The notes under the pieces are model-generated. The model ran no database searches. It was given only the letters and a program-made list of their open reading frames with translations, and was not told where the DNA came from. The position numbers and the translations under genes were made by a program. A stretch of DNA of 64,000 nt from Lingula anatina (taxonomy: Eukaryota; Animalia; Brachiopoda), in contig CM120644.1 of NCBI GenBank assembly GCA_051362555.1, positions 4,286,954-4,350,953 of the forward strand, read 5' to 3'. Positions 40,100-53,222 of this stretch are shown here, piece by piece (position 1 is the first letter of the stretch; the number at the start of each line of letters is the position of its first letter).

Positions 40100-40970
40100 A
40101 TGTCTAAGATTTTCCAGTCTAGTAAAGGGTTACTAAAAATAACGCAGTCATGTCGAGGATTAGCAAGGGTGACCCCAGGGAGGCAGGGATTACGGGAAAT
40201 TTTGCAGCCAGGGTCGAGTCGGGCATTAGCAAGGGTTATCCCAGCTAGCCGCAGATTAGGGACAATTGTGCATGGACTTTTAACGGAATCTCCAATTCTT
40301 CAACCTGTCCGGAAACTGGCAAACCAACCAGTGCGCTTTAAAAAAGTAAGTAGGCTGAACCAATTCAAGACAGACGTGAAAAATGTTTCGGTTTGCAAGT
40401 AGGCGTTTTTATATCGTGCATGTAAATTCTGGTGATGAGGATACATGTAGTAACTACCAATGCTCAAATTGTGGCTCACTGGTGCCACGGCTGAACTGTT
40501 ACCTTTTAGTGTAATATTATATCTGCATATCACGTTTTTCCCGTGCGCATGCAGATAGACCAATACTTAATTTGCATTGCTAAATATCATTTGCATGTGC
40601 TAAAAATATTTCAGGCTCCAATAGATTACCCCCCGGTAACTGGATCAGACCACTGGAGACGCAAGTTGCGCACGATTTTCAAGTGTCTGGACAGCAATGG
40701 AGACGGTTTCATTACGAAGGAAGACTTCGAGACAAGTGCCAGACGAGTTGCCGAGTATCTTGAACTTAATGGTAATTGTAATATTAATGGTAATGTTAAA
40801 ATACAACCACGTGTATATGTACATATAGGACCCATCTGGGTATAAATTATACAAGTTGTTTTTTCTTTTGCTACTCTAAGCAGTTTTATGCTGTAAAAAC
40901 CCGGTTCATAACACAGTTTCTTTCTCTCCTCTCTCTTTCTCACATTAGGTCTCTCTCTCCCTATCTCTCC

Positions 40971-41023
<53 letters not shown>

Positions 41024-41484
41024 GATGGACGGTTATGTAAATCTGATAAATCTGAAAACTTCCCTCACGTTTTGCAGATGAACAAGCAGAACATATTCTA
41101 AATCAACGTCTTGCAATATGGGACCTCATTTATAATGCTTCACAAAATACATCCAAGATGACAGAGGAAGAATACGTTGGCTCCTGTCTATCCATAATTA
41201 ACCAAAGCAGCCACCGACAGGAGTTTTTCCACATGATGGTATCTGTGGATTTTGAAGCCATGGACATTGACGGGGATGGTCTTATTTCAAAGGAAGAGCA
41301 CAAGGCTTTTTTCCACAGTGTTAACGTCCCTGTGGTAGAGTCGAAAAATGTCTTTGATGCTATGGACAGCGACAAAGATGGCTTCATATGCATTGAAGAA
41401 TTCGCGCATGCGTATGCTGAGTTCTTTCTTACTGAGGAGCCAGACAACTCGTTCAATGAATTTTTCGGTCCACTGGTTGATTAG
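40100..41484 (+). CDS. EF-hand protein, SCP/luciferin-binding-protein-like, copy 6
   Basis: join(40100..40345,40615..40771,41078..41484); 82-aa exon 1; exon 2 begins GCT; loops DSNGDGFITKED, DIDGDGLISKEE, DSDKDGFICIEE. Confidence 0.9.
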
Positions 41485-42789
41485 GAACTCGTCGTTTGAG
41501 TTAACGAAGGTATATAAAATTGTTTATTTGTCATGATCACTTGAGAGAAAGAGAGAATGTGTTGCTTTCGTTTCATGCAATACCGGTATTTTAAAACCCA
41601 CCTTACTTTTTTAACAATAAAGTTTCTAGGAATTGAAATGTGGCATAAAGCAATTTGCAATTGAGTAACTCTCAGATTAATATTCCAGAAGTATTTCCGA
41701 AGCTAGTGGGCTTGTTTTAATGTTCACATAAAGGAGATGGGAATGTATGCAAATTTTTTTTTTATTTGGCTGACTACTGTACCATATCCCGGTCGAGTAC
41801 ATAACGGTTTAGAGCTTCACCTTCATAACTTTCAGCTTCTCCTCTTTTGTAATGTAACCACTATAGCGTTGAAATACTACATTACTTAGAGAATTAGGAC
41901 TTAACTTCATCTACCAGCTGGTCCTAGATACAGATTGGGGATAATAGTATAGCTGCACACACAGCATAAGTAATAGAGTATTGAGCAGCTTTTTTTTAGT
42001 TTCTTTATTTTTTCTTTTCTTTTTTTTATTGCGAGTGTCAGAAATGTGTTATTTTAATCAATAAAAAAATCACTGTGTGTACTTTTGTGCCATTAATTGA
42101 AAAACTTCTATCAATTAAAAATATTCTTGCGATTTTCAGCAAGTCCTGGACTATCTTTATTTATTATAAAAATATCGTGCAACCATACTATATGAATTGC
42201 CAAACTAGTTTCTGTGTTAAACTACCCTCTTATTTTGATCAACTGCATCGCTGAACACCCTTTGTTGAAAAGATTGCTGCCAGCTGCCTCATGCACGTTC
42301 ACTTAAACATTTTTTCAGCCCACTATAACTATCTGTTACTTAAAGCCTCGTTCACAACTGGACGCACGAATTTTAGGATTGTATGTCCCCTACGAATTTT
42401 GAGTGCAGCGGAGGCCGTGGAGTTCGTAGAGGTTAAAGAAACGTTTAAATGGAAAGATTAAAAAATGTATTGATTACTTGTTCATGATTTACTGTAATGA
42501 GTTCTTTGCCTGTATACCATTTCATTTTTCTTTAATATATTAGCTTAAAGTTAACACTGACAACAAACTGTTGATATTGTTTTCTGGAGGTGCTTTTTTC
42601 TTTTGAATGACTTCTTATTTCAGATTTCATATTATTGACCAAAATACCTCACAATAGAAGACTGGATATTTGTGTCACTCGATGACAGACTGAATAAAGC
42701 CAAAAATATTTTTATTTGCACTAACAATAACAATGATAAAAATATTCGATATTAAGTATTAATTCTGTACATGCATTCACTCATGCAAG

Positions 42790-42964
42790 CATGGGCATCC
42801 GCAGGGGGGGGGTCAAAGGGGTCACTTGACCCCCCCCCCCCCCCCCCCCCCCCCGCCGAGGAATTTCGAAACTGCATTTTTATTGCGGGTACCCAGCCAA
42901 TCATTATCTCCCCCTTCAATGACTTTGACCCCCCCCCCTTGAAAATTTTCTGCGGACGCCCATG
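42790..42964. mobile_element. hAT-type MITE (paralogous copy of 38961-39124)
   Basis: CATGGGCATCCGCAG / CTGCGGACGCCCATG termini; decayed TSD CATGCAAG / CATACAGG. Confidence 0.75.
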
Positions 42965-43923
42965 CATACAGGGGATATCATAAAGATGCAAAACCGCCAA
43001 CAACCACGCTGAGTAGGAAAAATTGACAGTATAAATGATAGTGAAAATGACAAAAGCATGCGCTGTAAATTTAGTCCAAAGTCAAGCATCGACCATTTAC
43101 CTTCTTGTACCTGGATTGTTTTGGTCGTTTGTGGCAAAAACGTTTTTTGGGGAAAAAATTGAATGATAACACCTTTTTCGTGCATGGGTAGTCTTGAAAT
43201 GTGCTGCGAACAGCACAAAAGTACTTTTGATGTATAAAGACATGGATTCAAATTTTGCAATAAATACGATTAAGGTGTTTATTTTCCCATCAACTTTAAA
43301 AAACTGCTAGAATACTAACTTGCAGGTATCATTTTGGTGTGCATTACGGTTTCAAAAGTTACCGAAAAATGTGACAAGATTCCGTGATTGTCTGTGAGAG
43401 AAAAAAAAAATAAATGAATAAATAAATTGTCGCAGCAGCTGTGTAGTTTTTGCTGGTCACTGTAATTAGTGAGGTGTAAATCATGATGTAGTGCTACCTT
43501 CTACCACTGCCGCAGATTAATCAGATTAACTACACTTTTCTCCAGAGCGAGAGCAGAGAGTCGTTCCATGAGTTAGCCAGAGATACATCTGTATATGTTT
43601 GGAGGAAAATCAGTCTTTGACCCTGGGAGAGGATAATATACAGCAAGTCAAGGATGATTGCCTTGTTTATTTTGAGATAATACGAGGTAATATATACATG
43701 TCCCTGCCATAAATAATGCTTACCAAACCACTTCTTCTGTTCAACATGACCTTCGCTCTTACCCATATTTTAGGGGATTGCATCAGTGAACACCGTGAGA
43801 TAAATGTACAATTTATTTTCTCACGTTCACTTTACATCATATCCACGTAGTACAGTTTGTACAGTCTAAGATAGGAAGAGTTTTACGGCATCGGCGTGAA
43901 GTTAAAAATTGTTTTCTGTCACG

Positions 43924-45050
43924 ATGGTCATCATTAAGATTTTCCAGGCTAGTAAAGGGTTACTAAAACTAAAGCAGTCATGTCGAGGATTAGCAAGGTT
44001 GACCTCAGGAAGGCAGGGATTAGGGGAAATTGTGCAACCGGGGTCGTGTCGGGGATTAGCAAGGGTTATACCAGCTAGCCACAGATTAGGGAAAATTGTG
44101 CATGGATTTTCTCCAGAATACGCACCATGCCGTCAACCCGTCCGGGAATTGGCAATCCAGCCAGCGCGCTTTAAAAAAGTAAGTAGACTGAACCAAATAA
44201 AGACAGGCGTTTAAATATATTTATTCACACGGTCTTTGTTTGCAAGTAGGCATTTTTTTTTTTTATTTAGTACATGTTATTTAAGAAAATTCTTGTGATG
44301 AAGATACATGTAGTTACTACCCTAATTGTGTCTAACTGGCGCCTCGACCAAACTGTTATCTTGTAGTGTAACATTACCTGCATATTGTTTTTATGCATTT
44401 AGGCTCTCAATAATGATATACAGCTGACCAAAACTTCTCGTTTTAACTTTAGTATAGATAAAATATGAAATAAGAAAGACCATACATGATAATAAATAAA
44501 CAAGGCTCAAACACACCCTTCCACCTGTTTGTTTTTAGAGGTCTTCAATATCCATTTGCTACGTTCGTTTCTGCAGTTGGCAATTGAATACTACTAAAAT
44601 TTACTTACATGTACTAAAGCTGGTTTCACAATGATCCTATCTGCATGTCACGTTTTCCCCGTGCGCATGCAGATATACCAATACTTAATTTGCACTGTTA
44701 AATATCATTTGCATGTCCTGAAAAATATTTCAGGCTCCAGTGGACTACCCCCCGCTAACTGGATCAGACCACTGTAGACGCAAGTTGCACACGATTTTCA
44801 AGTGCATGGACAGCAATGGAGACGGTTTCATTACGAAGGAAGACTTCGAGACAAGTGCCAGACGAGTTGCCGAGTATCTGAAACTTAATGGTAATATTAA
44901 TAATAATGTTATATTAAAACTACATGTACATGTAGAACCCGGCCATCATACAAGTTGTTTTTCTTTTGTTACTCTGAACACAACTTGATGCTGTAAATAA
45001 CCCGGTATATATTCACTGTTTCTTTCTCTCCTGTTTCTTTTTTTACGCTA

Positions 45051-45130
<80 letters not shown>

Positions 45131-45596
45131 ACACAAACACACACGATGGACGGTTATGTAAATCTGAAAACTTCCCTCGCGTTTTGCAGATGAACAAGCA
45201 GAACATATTCTAAAACAACGTCTTGCAATATGGGAACTCATGTCTAAGGCAACACAAGATACACCCAAGGTGTCAGAGGAAGAATACGTTGGTTTAGCGG
45301 TATCGGTAAGGAACCAAAGCGGCTACCGACAAGAGTTTTTCCCCATGCTGGTATCCGTGGAATTTAATGCAATGGACATTGACGGGGATGGTATTATTTC
45401 AAAGGAAGAACACAAGGCTTTTTTCTACAGTATAAACGTCCCCGTGGAAGAGTCGAAAAATGTCTTTGATGCTATGGACAGTGACAAAGATGGCTTCGTA
45501 TGCATTGAAGAATTCGCGCACGCGTATGCCGAGTTCTTTTTAACTGAGGACCCGCATAACTCTTACAATGAATTTTTCGGTCCACTGGTTGATTAA
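43924..45596 (+). CDS. EF-hand protein, SCP/luciferin-binding-protein-like, copy 7
   Basis: join(43924..44178,44734..44890,45190..45596); 85-aa exon 1; loops DSNGDGFITKED, DIDGDGIISKEE, DSDKDGFVCIEE. Confidence 0.88.
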
Positions 45597-46177
45597 GAGT
45601 TTGTGCTCAGATTTCGAGTTTGACTCAACAAAGATATACATGTATTAAATTGCCTACTTGTTATGATCACTCGAGAGAGACGCAGAGAGCATGTGTTGCT
45701 TTTATTTCATGTAATAGTTTAATACCCATTCTGATTTGAAATATGACATAAAACAATTTGCAATTGAGTAACTTCCAGATTAATATTCGAAAAGTATTTC
45801 CCTACCTAGTGAGCTTACTTAATGTACGTATAAAAGAGATGGGAATGTATGCAACTTATTTTAGTTGGCTGACTACTTAGGCAGTACTATATATCATGTC
45901 CATATATAATGGATGCATGTACATATACAAGTACAAGTACCAGTATAGAGCTCTTACCTTCAAAATTTCACATTTTGCTCTTTTGGAATGTAAATCCCTA
46001 TAGTTTTGAAATACTATATTACTTAGAGATTTAGCTCTTGACTTCATCCCCCAGCTGGTCTTAGACACAGATTGGGAGTAACAGTAGCTGCGTACGCAGC
46101 GTGACTCTGATCGAATCAATTTTCATTTTTATTAATATTAAACTTTACTGGTCTGAACACATGTCACAGAATATTTG

Positions 46178-46229
<52 letters not shown>

Positions 46230-46312
46230 GAGAGCCAGAGATGTGTAATGCATTATCAAATAAAAATACCTGGCTACAGTTCTGGCGACAGTCCTTGCGT
46301 TAGCGGTGACAC

Positions 46313-46344
<32 letters not shown>

Positions 46345-48067
46345 TCTGTGTGTGTAACGTTGATCTGTGGTCATTAGGGCACCCTGAGTGTGAGGTGATG
46401 TCACTATAAACTCCCCTCTGTTATTTAGCATGCCTCTCTCGACTCCATGAAAATGACCTCTGAAATTCAGGGTACAGAGGGGAGTTGGAGTTGGCCGAGT
46501 CTCCTCTTTACCTCGGGCACCGCGGAAACACACGCAATTTCTGCATCCGTATAATAAAAGGTGAATTTAAGGTGAGACTTAAGATTAAAGGTGAAGCAAA
46601 TGTCCAGATTACATGATTTATAATCAAACGGATTGGCATCGGTTCGGATATTGTAAAGAGGCAAAAAATTAAGTACATGTACCCCGTAGGACATAACGTC
46701 ACCCACGCGTATTTTTCTAAAAAAAGAACTTCCTTTTGATAAAGGTTGCTGATGCGCATGCAGCGCGTGTGCATGTACATATACTGTGGTCAGCGAATGG
46801 TCACCTTTGCTGTTGGGATGGACACTTTGACATGCACTCCGAATGTGAGTTTAAGATTTGCTCCAAGGTAAATCTATGCTTAATCTATATCTGCACGCTA
46901 CTTCTGGATAGTTGGTAGAATGAAATAAATACGTACATGTAGAGCTTTCCACAACAGCATATAATTTGCTAAACGGCGTAAGCAGAGATTAGGCAAGCTA
47001 CTGTACAAGGGTGCGTATCATCATTCATGCTATTTATCTAGCATTTGTCTTGAAGGTCAAATGCTATCGACCGCGTTTGGTGTGTCTTTAAAACTTTTTT
47101 ATCTTTATATTAAAAATGAAAGTCACAGCAAACAGATAATACTTATACGAGCTTTTTCTTTGAGGTGAAACGCAACAAAGGGTTTCTTTCACAATGAAAT
47201 GTTACACATCTTGGATTATAAAAAGGAAGGGATTCCCGATGAAATAGACGAAAATAGTGAACCATTGTTCGTGTTAAATCGGAGTGCTGGCACATAAAAG
47301 CATATTGGTCTAATTATAGAGACCAAGTTCGGGTCTGAGTTCTTTCTCTCTCGTCCCAGGGAAAATATTATTGCTAGGGTGAGCTCATAATCCAAAGAGC
47401 ATCAAGGGCGAGCTGGCAGCATAGTGGTGTCAAGGGCGCCTTATAACTAAGACTAAATGAGTTCATTAATGTGCATCAGTCCTACTTTGCTTACGTAGGG
47501 GAAGTTAAGGCCAACCGCTGATGCGGTCTTAGATGCACTTCCACTTGCTGTTCATTTCGACAGAGACAAGGTAAGTTGACATTGTCATACCACTTACTAA
47601 ACACTCCACATTTAATAGATTTATCTAATTAGAATAAGGATTCATTGCATGTTATTTTTTGGATTTATTTGGGGCTTTCAAAACAGGATGTGTTTGTATA
47701 GATTCCTTCCCAAGGTCGCTACGCGTGAAATGGGGTCATTGCTCTTTATCATCCCAAGGTTTTAATAACACTGGATGATCTGGGTTAATGTCGCTTTACA
47801 GGAAATTTAGTGTCCACACGACTTTGCGTTGATCATTCTTAGCAAACAGTGCTTTTTATTGATATTTTATCCTCGGGAAGCAAATGTCATTTTGTGTTAT
47901 CTGTGTCTAGTATTATTGAAGTTGAACTTTATTAACAGGATATAGGTTGTTAGGAATTGATAAATGACTGGTTTCATTGAAGGCGGTACGCTAGCTGTAT
48001 TTAAGCTGTTATACAGGTATACATAGTAGTGTGAAGTCAGACCTCCTTCCCCTCGGCTTCTGCCATT

Positions 48068-48069
<2 letters not shown>

Positions 48070-48105
<36 letters not shown>

Positions 48106-48142
48106 CCTCCTTCTCCTCAGCTCCTGCCATTCTCTCTCTCTT

Positions 48143-48200
<58 letters not shown>
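48070..48200. repeat. Compound (CT)n/(CA)n microsatellite
   Basis: Direct reading; similar tracts at about 40975-41010 and 45054-45126. Confidence 0.9.
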
Positions 48201-48202
<2 letters not shown>

Positions 48203-48732
48203 CAGCAGCACCGCCTCTCTTCCTAGCTCTCCCCCCTCCCCCATGACATCCCTGACTATTACTTAACAGGTACAAAATAGTAGCCTACAATGCATGAACT
48301 TCCGAAGTAAACAATGCCACATACTGAGCTCTATAAAAACTTAAGCTACTGCGTACCAGGCTGGAAACCGACAAATACATTCCAGTCCTGTAAAGTCTGA
48401 CATACCAATGCGGCTTATTGTGCATTATCTAGAGTTCATTGCTGTCATGTGCCTGACCGAGTTGTGGTTTTGAGACGTCTTTAAGATTTGATAGAATTGA
48501 AAGTCGTTCACGTGCGTTTAAACCAATTTTCTTGTTTTAAATACACTAATTCTAATTCATTAAATATTTTATTTTTGCATCGTTAACTTCTGGATTTAAT
48601 TATTATCAATATTTTTTTTCTATTAAAATATCACTTTCAAAAACTCGGTCAGCATTTCTGATATAGAGTGTGTACGCGTATTTATAAGCTTAATAAATGT
48701 TATTGTTTTTCTAAATATTCAACAAAAGTACT

Positions 48733-48814
48733 CGACAAGGATGAGATTCGAACTCACGCGGGGAGACCCCAATGGATTAGCAGTCCATCGCCTTAACCAC
48801 TCGGCCACCTTGTC
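48733..48814 (-). tRNA. tRNA-Ser (anticodon GCT)
   Basis: Reverse complement GACAAGGTGGCCGAGTGGTTAAGGCGATGGACTGCTAATCCATTGGGGTCTCCCCGCGTGAGTTCGAATCTCATCCTTGTCG: 82 nt, paired acceptor stem, A and B boxes, long variable arm, downstream TTTT. Confidence 0.96.
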
Positions 48815-51800
48815 ACCCTGCATCACAAATTTCAATAATAATAATAATAATAATAATAATAATCTTTATTCGTTCTAGCACAATTTTACAAAGGCTATGA
48901 ACGAACAATTACATAGGTACCATATTGAGATAGGTTAATACATAGTGTACACTTAAATGTATACTCTGTTATAGAGGTGAAAATTATACTACTTGATACA
49001 TTCATCATTTGATACAGTGCCCTATTTACACATTGTTGATATTGAAAATGTCTCTTTATCTCATTTACCTGATTGCGAAGCGATATCTCAGCTGAGACAA
49101 TTGTGAGAGAAAGAATAGGGGAAGAAGAGAGAGAGAGAGAGAGAGAGAGAGGAATGAGTTCGCGCAAAGGATGGAGGAAGAACACAGGAGAGATGGAAAG
49201 GAAGATAAAAAATATATTATTAATTTTTTTTCAGGACAGGAAAAAAAAAAGAGAAAGAAAGAGACTTGCTTTTTGATAAAATTACATGCTTATTTTTAAG
49301 AAGGTGGCATCAGTATTCATTTCCTTACATAGGTCAGTCCCTCGATATGTCTTGCTGTGCTGTGCAACAATTAACAGTTTCTCTTACTAGTAACTTGGCA
49401 AATGTTTCTTTGTGTCTCATATAAAACACTCTTCGAATATAAATAAACTATTAAACGACTTCATGGATGCCACTTTAAGTTATTGCCCACCCACCTAATA
49501 AGTGAGGCTAGCAGAACACTGCTGTTTTAGTGAATGTATAAACGTGAAAGAGGAGGAAGTAGAAACCAATATTAAATATTAGCAAAGTAGCAATTGTTGT
49601 TAAAAACGCTAAGTTGAATTATCAAATTATTAACGCCACTCTCTATCAATTTACGTGTACTGTGATCTTGGACTGAAATCAGAGACATCTTTTGAACTTA
49701 CCGGTATTTGATTAACCGATTTATTTTTCTGCAAATTATCTAGCACAGTGTAAATTAAAGGTATAAACACCCTGCTTTTTTCTGAGAATTTTCTAGAATA
49801 GTGTAAGTTCAACATGTACAAAAACACATCGCGGTTGCCTGGGACATTTCGACATTAGTGTGGAACCAAAGTCTGGAATAAAAGACGTGATTTAATATAA
49901 GACGAATTTTGTAACGTGGTCCCGAAATCTAAACAAAAATCAACCAATATTGCAAGTAGTTTATTCAATGCTGTAACGAGAGCATGTATATCTATCTATT
50001 CGTGCTTTGACACTATTGCCCCGTGAACCAGTCTGTATTCTTCAGGTAACATAACTACACATGGTGGTTGATTTGTTACAATATTACAGGGGCAGTGGGG
50101 GGGGGCTGTCAAAGATGGTCAGAATTGTTCAAGTTTGCATTGAAGGTCAACTAATTTTTCTGTCGGTAGACGGTTAAAAATGGAGTATGGACCAACAAAG
50201 ATAATTTGGAAGACTGTCAGAAAACATCTCTGGATCCACCCCTGTATTACCCACCCGAACGCTGTCTATCTCTACGAAGACTATCGTTTTTAAAGCACGC
50301 ATTGATTTAATTAATTAATTTTTATTAACCCTTGATCGTTATTTTTGGTTACTCTTTGACCACAGTGAGCGCTAGTCCCGATGTAGTCTGTTACAAAATT
50401 ATTATATCGCAGCTGATACTGTAATTCTGTATGTTACTTTAGAAGCACCAGATATCAGGGGGTACATGTAATTACTGGTAAGAAATTCAACAAATTTGTT
50501 TGTAGAACGATGCTCGGAGATGCCAGGGTCCGCTACAAGGTCTGTCTCTTCAGAAGAAGAAGACAGACTTTGTTACCGAGAGCAGTGGATAAAGGCGCAT
50601 CAACCAGATGTGAACTGCCAAACTTTGATCTTTCAAAGTGAAAAGAATGCGACTATTGATAATTTGAATAATTGTAAGTCATTACCAAGAGAAGTAATCA
50701 AATTTATTTACAGTGCGTTGCTTATTGCAACTGTATAAAAGACCTTTCATTAACCTTCTACTTAAATTAGACGTTATTTCATAATCATCTATCATTTATT
50801 TAATTTTGATTTCATTTTTCATAGAAAAAATTCCGTACTGTTTGAGCTTAGTAGTCTTTGGTATCTTGGCTTCAATTACGTGTTAGATATGTGTATTTTT
50901 CATTAATGACGCACTGCCTTACAAGGCGAGGCATTATCTGACTATTGATAAATTTCAGAAAATTCACAAAAATTACTCCTTAATTGTAATGCACCGAACA
51001 AATACTATCAAAAATGGATAAAAATGTTTGACAATAACAACAATAATAATTATAAATAAAAGCTAGGATTTTGTGTCCTAGATAAAAGGAAGAGACAAAC
51101 GAGATGAGAAAGATGTGTTTAAATGTCCTTTGACACTTGGGAACGTCTGCAAAAAACAGCGGTGCCAGTATAAGCAACAGTAAAAAGATTGATCAATTTT
51201 ATTGATTACTGTTAATAGCAGGAAATAAGCAAGATCCAATTTAAAGTCTAGGCGCTAAACTAATACCGCATTAATCAGTGCAATAATAATTACAGACATA
51301 GAAACATTTAGAAGGTATCTGTTTTACCTTAAGGGCTAACGTAGGCGCCGTTCTATCAATTTGTATGTAAAAGTATACGTAGTCTGACAGATGAACAAGT
51401 GCACTACACTCGTACTGCATTTTGTCTTGATGTGTTTTGATTTGTTTTTTTGATGCATGTATTAGTATCAATGCTCGAAGAAACTAGAATAAAATGCACC
51501 TATGAAGAGCTTTGGTCAGAAGATCAGAAACGGCATACTCAGATAAAAATGATGTCTCAAAGCTTGTTCCTCCGAATCAAATAATCAAAAATGGCGTTAT
51601 TATGTCCAAGGCGTATTTAATGAGAGACAGCTATTTTCCTTCCTTGTCCTTTAATTGAAGTCATGCCGTTGTGATATTATAAAGGTCATCAATCTATCTT
51701 TTATACTATTGATCTTGAGCTGTAGTTAATAGGATGACCTTTTGTTTGGTAAACTTATTCATCACCGAAAGGAATTCAAATTGTTTCTGGATAATGAGCT

Positions 51801-53222
51801 GGTTGGATTTTGAATACCACTCACGTGCAATCCTTGTTTTTACATTTTTTTAAATAATTACCCAGGTTTTTCAAGGATGAAGCTTTGCAGGATTTGAAGG
51901 TATTTTAACCGTGTGCCGCGCTGCATAGGTACTAGTAAATGTAGCGTTGTGACTGAATTTTATGAATTTTATGATATCAAGACATTAGAACCAACCGACG
52001 AGTATGAAGTTCCCTGATTAAGAAATGTATTTAAGCAAACAAGACTGAACAAATGTTCTTGACTAGGAAACATGAACAATTTAATGGAAAATCATCGGAT
52101 GGGCTGGCCTCCGTGCTAATTGTTTGCACTTAGGTGCGTTCTTGAAAGCGTCCATGTGAATGTTTGAGTGTATGTTCGTGTGAGTGTAAGCACGTGTATA
52201 TGTTTGTTTGCGTACGTATATTTTCAGTTACGCAAATATATTATCTGGTTCTACCTAGGACCCAGATATATAACTTTTATCCTAAGTTATACAATATAGG
52301 ATTGATAGTTACTAGCAATTTGAACAAACTCGGATAACTGCGCAGCTTTACCTGACACTAGCGGCACCGAATCATGACCATGTAGTAAAATAGCTCTAAA
52401 TCGGACCTGAATAATACTTTGGTAACAAAATCGATGAATTCTTGCAAACATCACCAAATATTGTAACCACGTTATTATGTTTCTACTTGGATTTACTCAT
52501 TATTTATGTATAAAATCCTCAAGAGCAAGGAAAGCTGCCCTCCTCTCCCCCTCTACCCCCCCCCCCCCCCCCCCGCCGACCCCGCAGCTTGCGGCCCTGA
52601 ACGGAATTGTTAATCAGTACTATATACAAATATTTAAGGTGCGAACATTTATAATTACTCTCACATTTTAAACAGCATATATATGTCAGAAACTCCTACG
52701 AAAACCCTCAGCAAATTAAAGCTGCAACATAACCAGCTGCTGACATTTAGTCGGTCTGTTATAAAATACTATTATTACATAGCAAATGAGAGGAACACTT
52801 CACACACATGCCAATAGCGTCGCTCGTTTAATTTATATCTGCCGTTGTTTTTTCTTTACGTACTTTTACCGACGTAAAACTTTTATTTCTAATAATCTAA
52901 TTAAACGAACGGGGAACCTGCAGGCTTTTCTTTAGAACAGAACCCATGGAACCTGTCTTGAATGGCAATATGAAAAACGTTCCGTGTAATACACATAATT
53001 TAGATCCCATAACAAGATTTGCGTAACTCGCTGTCGACCATATGCAATCATTAAAGGGCCTCTCAGAGTTTGACACGAGAGCTACTGCGTACAACCTTCA
53101 CGGGAACTCTCTCTTAATGTAATCATATTGAGAAACTAACTGGAGTTGAGCAGAATACGGATAATCTGGTGATTATACGAGGTCGCTGGAAACAAGAAGA
53201 GGTGCATTAATTTGTTAATCTG

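Noticed and set aside
2937-45596. Calling the EF-hand genes aequorin-type photoproteins
   Set aside because: The C-terminal His/Trp/Tyr set of hydrozoan photoproteins (as recalled) is not present together in any copy: Trp only in copy 2, Tyr only in copy 3, His position is Y/F/S.
47540-47580. Strong donor-like AAG|GTAAGT
   Set aside because: No linked plus-strand coding exon found; cannot support a gene without transcripts.
50496-50738. Possible exon SEEEDRLCYREQWIKAHQPD
   Set aside because: No recognisable domain, partner exons or convincing splice pair.
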